DNA of 64,000 nucleotides from assembly GCF_902459465.1 (NCBI RefSeq), contig NC_047062.1, positions 22,940,001 to 23,004,000 of the forward strand, given 5' to 3'. The DNA is from Asterias rubens. Taxonomy: Eukaryota. The notes under the pieces are model-generated. The model was not told where the DNA came from and did not search any database. It saw only the letters and a list, made by a program, of their open reading frames with translations. The first letter of the stretch is position 1; each line of letters opens with the position of its first letter. Positions 35,801-44,000 of the stretch are shown one piece after another. Both the position numbers and the translations under genes were made by a program.

Positions 35801-36468
35801 GATTGGATGCATATTGTGCCACAACACCTTAGAAACCATGACCAATGCTATGTAGGAGAACAGGGTCTTTTACTTAAAACTGTAGGTCCATATTAACCTT
35901 GCAGGGAAAATACTGAGCGCTTTGAGATGTGATGTTATAAAGCGCTATTTAAGAACTGTGTAGTTAGAAATTGGTTTCATTGAGAAACCAGCTCTATTAA
36001 TGTAACCTTTTCTGTTAAAGAAACCGGTTCTTTTCAGAAACCAGTTCTATTCAGGAACCAGTTCTACTTAGAGCCAAGTTCTATTCTGAAACCGGTTCTT
36101 TTCAGAAACCAGTTCAGTTCTATTCAAAAACCAGTCCTATTTAGAACCCAGCTCTATTCTGAAACCAGTTCTATTCAGGAACCAGTTCTATTTAGAACCC
36201 GGTTCTATTGTGAAACCGGTTCTTTTCAGAAACCAGTTCTATTCAGAAACCAGTTTCTATCTAGAAACAATAATACTGATTTGGCAGTTACTAGAAAGAA
36301 TCACCCCCAGTATTTAAGTTTTATTCGTTTACAAATTTCCCATTCTTCCTTTTCTTCTTTCAGATGAAGGATACAGATGACCCAACTTACAATTCCATCG
36401 GGCATGACAATTTGGAGCACTCGGTTAATCACAATCACATAGAGAAAGACACCAAAGACATTGTATGA
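17689..36468 (+). CDS. CD36/scavenger receptor class B family protein, paralogue A; join(17689..17829,18649..18806,19704..19845,22470..22682,25137..25278,28292..28361,29498..29676,30828..30940,32916..32989,33778..33829,34323..34493,36364..36468) = 1560 nt, 519 aa
   Basis: Hydrophobic TM segments near both ends; CD36-family motifs FYFFDLQNPEEVLQG, GPYSY, LVWGYDEP, FTG, PDLCRS, LSNPHF, RLQIN, FWFEE. All 11 introns GT-AG with continuous phase. Confidence 0.92.
18131..18343. mobile_element. MITE with about 45-bp TIRs
   Basis: TAGCTGCA...AGCAAAAACGTGAACGTG / CACGTTCACGTTTTTGCT...TGCAGCTA. Confidence 0.75.
18649..18806 (+). CDS. CD36/SCARB paralogue A exon 2
   Basis: long pyrimidine tract cctccag|; ...IYTRFYFFDLQNPEEVLQGAEPEVVEIGPYSY; AA|gtaaga. 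Confidence 0.95.
19497..19668. mobile_element. Small MITE
   Basis: TIR GGTTCATACTTCCTGCGAATG / CATTCGCAGAAAGTATGAGCC. Confidence 0.65.
19704..19845 (+). CDS. CD36/SCARB paralogue A exon 3
   Basis: taacag|; MALPRVNITFNPNDTV...TNMPFW; TGG|gtaaga. Confidence 0.93.
19973..20440. mobile_element. 468-bp Harbinger-like MITE
   Basis: TTT|GGGTGCGTTCAGACA ... TGTCTGAACATACCC|TTT; internal GAGTTCAAC and GGTTTATCTT subrepeats. Confidence 0.7.
20658..20893 (+). mobile_element. SINE type A1, 3'-truncated
   Basis: Head and middle match 23844-24265. Confidence 0.82.
22470..22682 (+). CDS. CD36/SCARB paralogue A exon 4
   Basis: ctccctcag|; ...LSVRQLVWGYDEPL...FGFLLG; GGG|gtaagg. Confidence 0.93.
23146..23210 (+). 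repeat. 25-bp tandem repeat, about 2.5 copies
   Basis: AATTTTATACAAAGATCCTTTTACT at 23146, 23171, partial 23196. Confidence 0.9.
23844..24265 (-). mobile_element. tRNA-derived SINE, body type A1, apparently full length
   Basis: Head GTGTCGTGGCCGAGCGGTTAAGAGCACCGAATTCAAACTCTGG...GGGTTCGAGTTCGAATCCC-like with A and B boxes; (ATT)n tail; matches other copies in the window. Confidence 0.88.
24566..24944. mobile_element. K1 MITE
   Basis: TTAA flanks and TIRs as 1574-1951. Confidence 0.88.
25137..25278 (+). CDS. CD36/SCARB paralogue A exon 5
   Basis: ccattttag|; RNNTPLGEYTTFTGVQNKTRVNEINKFNGQSKLNYWKSDYANQIVGS; G|gtattt; 142 nt as in paralogue B; absent from the ORF track. Confidence 0.92.
25336..26433. 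mobile_element. 1.1-kb TA-flanked non-autonomous DNA element (Tc1/mariner-like TSD)
   Basis: TA|GGTATTCCCGCTCAATTT...AAATTGGCCGGGAAAACC|TA; imperfect TIR of about 40 bp; no transposase ORF. Confidence 0.65.
26435..26782 (-). mobile_element. SINE type A2
   Basis: Reverse-complement match to 6213-6549. Confidence 0.87.
27660..27998. mobile_element. K1-variant MITE hosting nested insertions
   Basis: TTAA|AGGTACTGGATACTATTG left end; right TIR CAATTACC.AAGGTGTCCAG is cut by an insertion. Confidence 0.75.
27839..27965. mobile_element. CWG-flanked palindromic MITE nested in K1 variant
   Basis: CTG|CAGCCGATTTCACGAAACTTTACGCAACTGCGTAAGTCC ... GGACTTACGCAGTTGCGTAAAGTTTCGTGAAATCGGCTG|CTG. Confidence 0.9.
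27999..28128. mobile_element. CWG-flanked MITE
   Basis: CAG at 27996-98 and 28129-31; TIR GGGT(C/G)GATTTCACAAAGAGTTA(G/A)GACTAGTC. Confidence 0.9.
28292..28361 (+). CDS. CD36/SCARB paralogue A exon 6
   Basis: gtttacag|; (D)GMMYHMGIKEDETLNLFHPDLC(R); AG|gtgagt. Confidence 0.92.
29498..29676 (+). CDS. CD36/SCARB paralogue A exon 7
   Basis: tctacag|; SMPYTFVQ...PENQGFLVNEKDTVPSGLMRIDPCRY; G|gtaaca. Confidence 0.93.
29810..30207. mobile_element. MITE with TTCCCACT and GATCGCCC subrepeats
   Basis: Ends ACCGCTTTCCCACTG / CAGTGGGAACGGGGT. Confidence 0.6.
30828..30940 (+). CDS. CD36/SCARB paralogue A exon 8
   Basis: cttttcag|; TPIALSNPHFFNGDPC...YFSIEP; CCT|gtaagt. Confidence 0.93.
31598..32835 (+). 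repeat. 65-bp minisatellite x19 in intron 8 of paralogue A
   Basis: Unit AAATAATAATACTAATAGAAAATGGAGCCAGACTGTTTAGTACCATTTCGGCCTCGGTTTGGAAT; anchor recurs every 65 nt from 31616 to 32786. Confidence 0.98.
32916..32989 (+). CDS. CD36/SCARB paralogue A exon 9
   Basis: aatcacag|; ILGMPFKLRMRLQINQYIQADSDI; CC|gtaagt. Confidence 0.9.
33778..33829 (+). CDS. CD36/SCARB paralogue A exon 10
   Basis: ttctgcag|; QTGSVNTRFMPGFWFEE; GAG|gtgggt. Confidence 0.9.
34113..34288. mobile_element. K1 MITE, right half
   Basis: Ends AATTACCAAAGGTGTCCAGTGCCT|TTAA. Confidence 0.75.
34323..34493 (+). CDS. CD36/SCARB paralogue A exon 11 (C-terminal TM)
   Basis: ctctacag|; ...YLSICIGASIIVAFITVGLCKLSRKSNKSI; ATT|gtaagt. 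Confidence 0.92.
34755..34903. other. Assembly gap (149 N)
   Basis: Run of N in the sequence. Confidence 1.
34904..35685 (-). mobile_element. 5'-truncated L2/CR1-type LINE (RT thumb/C-terminal coding region plus 3' UTR)
   Basis: KTEFLLFGSRQQLTKV...RNLGVIF...HAFVTSRLDNGNALLY...LQRLQNTAARIV...ITPILKQLHWLPI..RI.FK...PRIWNSLP are typical of the L2/CR1 ORF2 C-terminus; the 3' end runs into the N gap. Confidence 0.92.
36021..36268 (+). repeat. Degenerate 17-bp minisatellite (GAAACCAGTTCTATTCA / GAAACCGGTTCTTTTCA)
   Basis: About 14 imperfect units. Confidence 0.9.
36364..36468 (+). CDS. CD36/SCARB paralogue A exon 12 (cytosolic tail)
   Basis: strong tract ttcttcttt cag|; MKDTDDPTYNSIGHDNLEHSVNHNHIEKDTKDIV then TGA; phase 0 fits, but there is no homology anchor. 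Confidence 0.75.
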   Translation: MKDTDDPTYNSIGHDNLEHSVNHNHIEKDTKDIV

Positions 36469-36653
36469 TGTGGGTGTGTGTGTGGTGCATGTGTATTATG
36501 ATGGTTGTCTCTCAAGGTACTCCTGTTATTTGTTTACAACAGACCAAGGACGGTTCAGCAGTTAACCATTTTGATACAGTAGACAGTTTTAGTTGACTAC
36601 TCATACCCCCTCTCCCTCACCATAGGCAACTTTAAGTCAAGCACTCAAGCCTG

Positions 36654-36800
36654 GGGTGGATTTCACAAAGAGTTAGGACTAGTCTTATCTCGAGTTAGGA
36701 CCAGTTACTTGTCCTAACTTAGGACAATCCATGCAATTTGTATATCTCCTAGGACTAGCCCTAAGTTAGGACTAGTCCTAACTCTTTGTGAAATCGACAC
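36654..36800. mobile_element. CWG-flanked MITE, followed by the start of a second copy (36804-36822)
   Basis: CTG at 36651-53 and 36801-03. Confidence 0.88.
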
Positions 36801-36826
36801 CTGGGGTGGATTTCACAAAGAGTTAA

Positions 36827-37440
36827 AGGAACACGTTGCCTTGGATCGGACGACTTGGTCTATAAAAAGCATTTGTAACCATTTTGTATAAAATGCATAT
36901 GGTTAGAAAGATGTTTTAAAAGTAGAATACAATGATCCACACAAGTTTGCCTTGAAATTGCGAGGTTTGCCTTTTACTGTGCGAACCAACACAGTCGCCA
37001 TTTATGGGAGTCAAAATTTTGACTCCCATAAATGGCCGACCGTGTTAGTGGACGAGGTAAAAGGAAAACCGTGCAATTTCGAGGCATGTTTGTGTGGATC
37101 ATTGTATTCTACTTATACAACATCTTTTTTATTAAAACATATTATCATGGAAAAAGGATTTAGAATCAAAATAATTAAAAAATATATGACAAATAAATAT
37201 TTATTTAATTGCAGATGCCCTCCTTATCATTTGAAGAAAAGAAAAAATAGAAATGCTGAGGGTTCGAAATCAACTCAAATATTTTAGTAAGAAATTACTT
37301 CTTTCTAAAAAACTATGTCACTTCAGAGGGAGCTGTTTCTCACAATGTTTGATACTATCAACAGCTCTCCATTGCTTGTTACCAAGTAAGTTTTTATGCT
37401 AACAATTTTTTTTGAGTAATTACCAATAGTGTACAGTGCT
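36827..37440. mobile_element. Composite: TTAA-flanked palindromic MITE K2 (36827 to about 37140) fused to a K1-type end (about 37290-37440)
   Basis: TTAA|AGGAACACGTTGCC start; loopless central palindrome CCATTTATGGGAGTCAAAA/TTTTGACTCCCATAAATGG centred at 37016/37017. Confidence 0.7.
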
Positions 37441-40291
37441 TTTGAGAGGATGGAGATAGATTTCCTCTTCAAGAAACAAATAAGGCAAACCCTGCTGATT
37501 GTGTGAGTCTTTCTTATGCAAGTATGATATAGTGTTATTAATTATTCTAAATTTTATCAAATAACTGTGATTCCGGTTTCTAAATGTTATCAAATAACTG
37601 TGATTCCGGTCGATCGAATGGTGTATAATAGTTAGAAATTGAACAGCAACTTCTATCTGCCTTTGTTCTAAAACTTAAAATAAAAAAAAAATAAAAAACA
37701 AGTTCACGGGAGGATATTGTATCAAGCTATTTAAAAATATATTTGATCAATCAAACAGCTGTTATTTTATGTTTTGAATTTTACTTTTTTGCTATGAAAG
37801 TATTTTTTGGGGATGTGAAGGATGTGTGCTGTGTGCCTTGACCGTTATGTTGTGACAAACGTGGCTGTGTTACAGTGTTAGTATGCTCTGTATTGACTGT
37901 GTGGTAATGAACGGGTTGGTGGCTGACCACTGGTAATTGACCAAGCCAAAGCGAGGTCTATAGACCAATTGTGTATGATGTCACAAGCCCCCAAAAATGT
38001 CTCCTCTTTGAGGTCAATCATTGTGGCTTGGCGTGGCTGAGCGGTCTTGTTACACGGACCCTAGCTCTGGTGTTGTTAGCACGGCCGTTCCAAGGCAAAA
38101 CAGCGCAACTCAAAAATTTGTTTTGTTTATACAAGATCATTTTTGGGTAAATTGAGGGTGTTTTTTTCCCATTTTGAAGGCACACTATGTATGGATGTGA
38201 ATAAAGCATGTCCTACATCAGCCTCTTTTTACACTTTTGCTCCTTTTTATGACAAAGCAGGTTGTCTGTGTACTTTATTTTCTTAGCATGTAATTTTTCA
38301 CGTTAGGCTGTTTTGCCATGGAAGGTGCGTGCAGCAGCAAAGTGTGGGTTCCATTCCCGTGATGACATTTGTGCCCTTGATCAAGGCGCCATAATTGCTT
38401 CCTACAAAGTTGGGAAGGTAGGGCATTCTGTCTACCAATACCCATACCTACATCCTTAGGGACTGCGACGGGGGTAACTAGGTTTCAGCCCCAGGAGTAG
38501 TTGGCTACGTGTGCACCAGGTGACAATAGATTTGGGTCGAAAGCCCTCACCTTGGAGTGGTTATTTTTCATGATATAGCACCCAACTCACAAGGCTGGAC
38601 GGCCCTCAAAACCCTGTGAGCTGGGCAATTAGCCTAATATATATATTTAGAAGTTGGCTGAGAGTCGTTTGCACATTTCCATTGTTTGACATCAAAGATG
38701 TTTTTTGTAATGACCTTGTTGTACTTCTAATGTGTTTTCTTTTACTCCTATGAAACTGCCCGTTTTATACTATCCAACTCATGTTTGATTTATGGTCAAC
38801 TTGATGTTAATGTTATTAATAATCCAAATCTGTGTTTAATGCTGCTTTACTTTTTATAGCTAGATGCACTAAATTAAGATTTACATTATTTTTTGTAAAC
38901 TAATAATGAATAATAATAAAGAAAGAATTACAATGATATTTGTATGAGTCATCTATGTTTGTTCATTTGCAACAACAAAAAGCAGTTGCTCCGAGAAACC
39001 GGTCATTGTTGAGGAATTATAACAAATAAATTGGCTAGTCTTTTTTAATTAGGTATGTTTCTGTACATGTTGTTCGTGTAAAGATAAGGTATTCAGTTGG
39101 TATTGTCCAGTTCATTTTGTTTTGTTTTTGTTGTCTGTTTTTGGTGGGTCTCCATAGGGGGAGTGAGACTGGGGTGCTCCACAGAGTTTGTGTACCAAGT
39201 AGAGGGCCTAAGAGGGGGGGGGGGGGGGTGGTCAAGCGAAAGTGGTTTGTGTTCTAGTAAATGACTCAGCAATAAAAGGGACAATAATAGGTCCTGCTTG
39301 CTAGAACAATGGGGAGTTGAACAAAGGGGACCATATCATAAAGTTTGTTTGTGTTTCGGTTTCTTTTTTTTCTTTTTTTTGTCATGGTCATTGTTATTAA
39401 GTGCAGTATTTTATCTAACTCATGACTGTCAACAATCAACACAGACTTAGACACACAAATTTGTGCGCCAAACTGGTTAATATTCGTATGCTCTTATCTT
39501 TTTCCGAATTAATAATACATTTTTGGTTGATGCGATTAGTTTTGTGATTATGACAATTTTTATCAAAATCTGGGGTCTCTGTGGTTCAACGTTTGAGGAA
39601 ACTTGACAAATTTAAGCCTTAGGGTTGGTGCTCAATTTGACTTGGTAATTGGAATGATATCATCATCATCATAGAGCAAGGAACAGTCAAAATTAAAACT
39701 GGCAGCAATTCGGTTTGCATGCTCATACCTTGAAACACTTTTTCGGGGGTGCTAGGGCCTACATTCTGGGGGCTAAAAAAGGCTGAATTACCAAAATGTA
39801 TCCTGCCAAGAAATCAGAAGTTTAGCTTTTCAAAAATACATTTGATAGATTTTCAATAAGCTGAGAGACTTGGCATTTAAAAAATAGTTTTGTTCATTGT
39901 GTTGTGGACCACAAAGTAAGTACAGCGCCCTCTATTGTTTCTTCCGATGAATTGTTGAACTGTTCAACTCGAGAACTAGAGGTCATTTTGAAAAATTATT
40001 ACGAAACCTGTGTTTTGCATGCATGACAAGGCAATTCGAGCAATCCAAGGACTAAGTCAAACTATGTTTTTTCTTTGGTTAAACAAACCACCACCGCCTG
40101 ACTGTGACCAGGTGGAGGCCAGATGGCGCACTTGTAACAAGAATTGTTTACAACTTTATGACGGCCGAATTTAGAGGGAGCGATCGTCTTTCTTTTCTGT
40201 AGCTTTGCCTTTGGAAAAGGTTTGTTTGAATCATGCGGATTATGCTGTTGTTTGTTGTTAATGTTATTGTTCAATTGTTGTGAAAGTAAGG

Positions 40292-40421
40292 GAAAAGTTT
40301 CTGTATGACGCCACCACTTTTTCATTCGATATGAATTAATATAGTATCTAATTTACCCGATTGATATATCCCTTTTTGTAAAAGTGAGTGAAAAAGTGGT
40401 GGCGCCATACGGAAAGTTATC
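40292..40421. mobile_element. Second copy of the GGCGCCACCAC MITE
   Basis: Reverse complement of 11506-11638. Confidence 0.8.
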
Positions 40422-40542
40422 CAAAGTAAGACCACCCATCCCACTTTTGTGGGGCTTTACCCCAGTTCTGCAGTTTGCAGACGTCACTTGTTGTTGCACT
40501 GAACATGCTGGACACCTTTGGTAATTCTCACTTGGTGTAACC

Positions 40543-40639
40543 TAGCCCACCTTGTTGAGCTGTTAATGGCTCCGCTTTTAACATCGGCCTCATCAATGTG
40601 TTAAAAGCGGAGCCATTAACAGCTCAACAAAGTAGGCTA
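40543..40639. mobile_element. 97-bp almost fully palindromic MITE
   Basis: TAGCC.AC.TTGTTGAGCTGTTAATGGCTCCGCTTTTAACA arm and its complement; GGTGTAACC on both flanks (40534-42, 40640-48). Confidence 0.85.
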
Positions 40640-40966
40640 GGTGTAACCGATAGCGGAACGAACCTAGGCCGTATCCCGACAATGCAACTACTGTATACAT
40701 ATATATTCATATGCATAAAATAACATAGTTGCAATCCTCCCTGCCGACAGCGCTACGCCGTCGGCAGGAGGGTTACATTATCGCAACTTAAAATAACATA
40801 TCAGCGAAAATCTTTATTCAGTTGGTCATCGAAGTTGAAAGAGAATAATGATGTAACAGAAAATTAATCCCGCGGGTAAGTAAGAATAATGTTTGAAATT
40901 ACATTTTAAAAGTATTGCGTGACCTTTCGTTTGTTTTGTAGGAGAGTAATAGTATACCCAGTCTTA

Positions 40967-41083
40967 ATGGGTGGGACCAAGACACACTTTGCCTGTATAG
41001 CTACAGGAATACTTGTGGCTATTACCGGAGGTGCTTTGATACCTGTAATATGGAATGCTGTCAAACACTCCCTCATGACAAAG
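40967..41083 (+). CDS. SCARB2: SCARB2-like paralogue B exon 1 (N-terminal TM)
   Basis: MGGTKTHFACIATGILVAITGGALIPVIWNAVKHSLMTK; AAG|gtaaca; upstream acceptor ttgtag| at 40941. Confidence 0.87.
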
Positions 41084-44000
41084 GTAACAAAACAAAATCT
41101 ACAGATTATGTATTCTATTAAAGACAGTGGACACTATTGGTATTTGTCAAAGACCAGTCTTCTCACTTGGTGTATCTCAACATATATGCATAAAATAACA
41201 AACCTGTGAAAACTTGAGCTCAATCGGTCGTCGAAGTCGCGAGATAAAAATAAAAGAAAAAAACACCCCTGTCACACGAAGTTGTGTGCTTTCAGATGGT
41301 TGATTTCGAGACCTCAAATTCTAAATCTGAGGTCTTGAAATCAAATTCGTGGAAATTACTTCTTTCTCGAAAACTACGTCACTTCAGAGGGAGCTGTTTC
41401 TCACAATGTTTTGTACTATCAACCTCTCCCCTTTACTCGTAATCAAGAAAGGTTTTATGCTAATAATTATTTTGAGTAATTACCAATAGTGTCCACTGCC
41501 TTTTAACAAACCAGGCATAGGGGACACTGACTGTTTAAAAAAAAAAGTTAGATTTGAAAAACAAAAAATTGACTAGAGTGGAACTTGAACCTGCAATCTC
41601 TGGATTACCGTGCTCATGTGAGCTAATAGCCCTAATATTGACCCCTGTTGGTGGTCTCCCTAATTTGTCAATATCGTGACAAAGGTAACTAACAAAAATC
41701 TACACATAATTTACTCTATCAAGTAACCAAGCAGTCAGGCACAAGCGACACTGGGTAAATTTAAAACAATTTAGGGTTGAACAAAGAAAATTTACTTTAG
41801 AGCGGTACTTTTATCCTGCAATCTCTGGATTAACGTGCTCAACTGAGCTAATGCCCCTAATATTGGCACCTGTTGGTGGTCTCCCTATTTTGTAAATATC
41901 GTTGTTTGGTAATGTCAGTAAGAAGACATAAAACTTAACCTGAAACTGCTCTGTTGCCAGGGATCACACCCGAATAGCTTGTTGTGGCCAAGCGTGTCAT
42001 GGCTTAGCACACCGCTTCAAGTTGTGGTGGCTTAGTCGCCACAATGTGGGTTCGAATCTCGGTCCTGGCACTTGTGTCTATGAAAAAGACACTTTTACTT
42101 GGCGTTTACGTCCTTATTTATGGATCCTGCTGAATAACGGAGTACAAGTACAACCTTGGAAGTGGCAGCAGAGGGACTGGGTACTTTTTGTATGGCACAA
42201 AACACAATGTCCACAGATTTACATTAAACTTACACAGTTTGAAGATAATGATGGTAGAAAGCTTCCATATAACATTACTTGCTGAGGTGCTGTAGTTTTT
42301 GAGAATGAGTAAAACAATGTCACGACAATACGTTTTACTGTTACGAAAATGATTTTCATGACTTACTCATTTCTCATAAACTACAGCACCTCAGTAAGTA
42401 ATATTTTAGGGAAGCTTTCTACCACCACTATTTTCAAACAGTGTAAGTTTAATATAAGTTTTTGTTTGTTTTAACCTTGTAGCTCATGGTATTAGAGCCT
42501 TCATCTCTTGTGTACAACATCTGGGAGAAACCCCCTTTCATCATCTACTGGAGATTCTACTTCTTTGATGTTGTAAACTCAGATGAGGTACTCACAGGTG
42601 CTAAAGCAAGTGTGGTGCAAAGAGGTCCCTATGTATACAGGTGAGAAATCTGGGTTTGCTCTAATCAAGTGTGGAATATTAACTATTACTAAACCGTTAC
42701 AATGTGCGTTACAATAGTGCTCTGGTCATTGGGCAAATAACATTCATTTAACCATTCTCAGCTCCCTGGGGAGTGTACAGCCCTCAGCTGCCATATGGCG
42801 CTAGTAGCTTTTTCATACACAATATCAACCTCTACCCTTGCAGGTACCCATTTATACCCTTTGGTGAAGAGAAGCAATTATAGTAAAGCATCTTGCTCAG
42901 GGACAAGTGTCATGACTGGGATTCGAACCCACACTCCGATGAAGAGAACTTGAATTGAATGCTTGAAACCACTACGCCATGACACCCTTCAATAATATGA
43001 GGTGATAATACAACATGTCTTTGAATACACAGGTTTACAAAGATTTATGCTTTCTTTTAGGCTTGAGATGCATCGGCAGAACTTGACGATAAACAGCAAC
43101 AATACAATCTCCAATAAGCCGGTGTACAGCTACTTCTTTGAGCCAGAAATGTCTGTCGGACCAGAGTCTGATTCCTTCATGTCTGTCAATGTTCCCTTTG
43201 CTGTAAGTGATCACAAGAACCAAATGGGTTTGATCTAGCCTCAAGTTATGATGTTGATTTCACAAAGAACTTAGAACTAGTAGTCTTAACTTATGACTAT
43301 TCTAAGGAGATATTAAAAACTCAAGGCTAGTCCTGAGTTAGAACGAGTAAACTCGAGATAAGAATAGTCTTAACTCTTTGTGAAATCCTACCCAGGTGGA
43401 TTAACATCACAAACTTTGTTCAAAACCGGGGCATAGTTTCATATTAGGCAGATAATATTGCTACATAATTTTCAGCTAAGCAGAAATGTGCAGGGATACC
43501 AGTCACAACTGGCACATGTGAACTGTATTATGGTTGGTTACCTTAATCTGCTGAGCATAATTTTGTTGTGCTCAGTCACTACTTTTTGTGCTGAAGCAGC
43601 TTTATGAAATTTGGCCCTACCCTGCTAACAAGAATTTGGCTGGAACAATCATGAGGTGGCGTTGGGAGGGGGGGGGGGGTAAAATTCCCCCCAGAATTTC
43701 CTGAGAAATAGCTATAATGAGTGAAATGGGTTGTAGAAGGGTTTGGAAGATCAAGGGTTGGGGACTTTATTCCCTCCCTCTTCAAATGTTCTCATTATTA
43801 ATTATATCCTTGAATGCTTGCGTTCACAGACAATCGCCCATCTGTTAGACACTCTTCCAATAGCAGTCCGAGAAATCTTATCTCCCATTTTTAAATACGG
43901 ATTGAGTGAGCGTCTCTTTAAGAAGTTGACAGTCGAGGAGCTCTTGTGGGGATACCCGGATGAACTGTTGAAAATAGTCAGCAAGTTTGTCACAATTCCA

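Larger units (their letters stand above)
34662..35960 (+). mobile_element. SINE of the same head family, split by the gap and the LINE insertion
   Basis: Head at 34662-34754; body resumes at about 35686 (ACCATT...CGTCC...GATGGGACGTA) and ends in AGCGCTTTGAG...AAAGCGCTAT. Confidence 0.75.
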
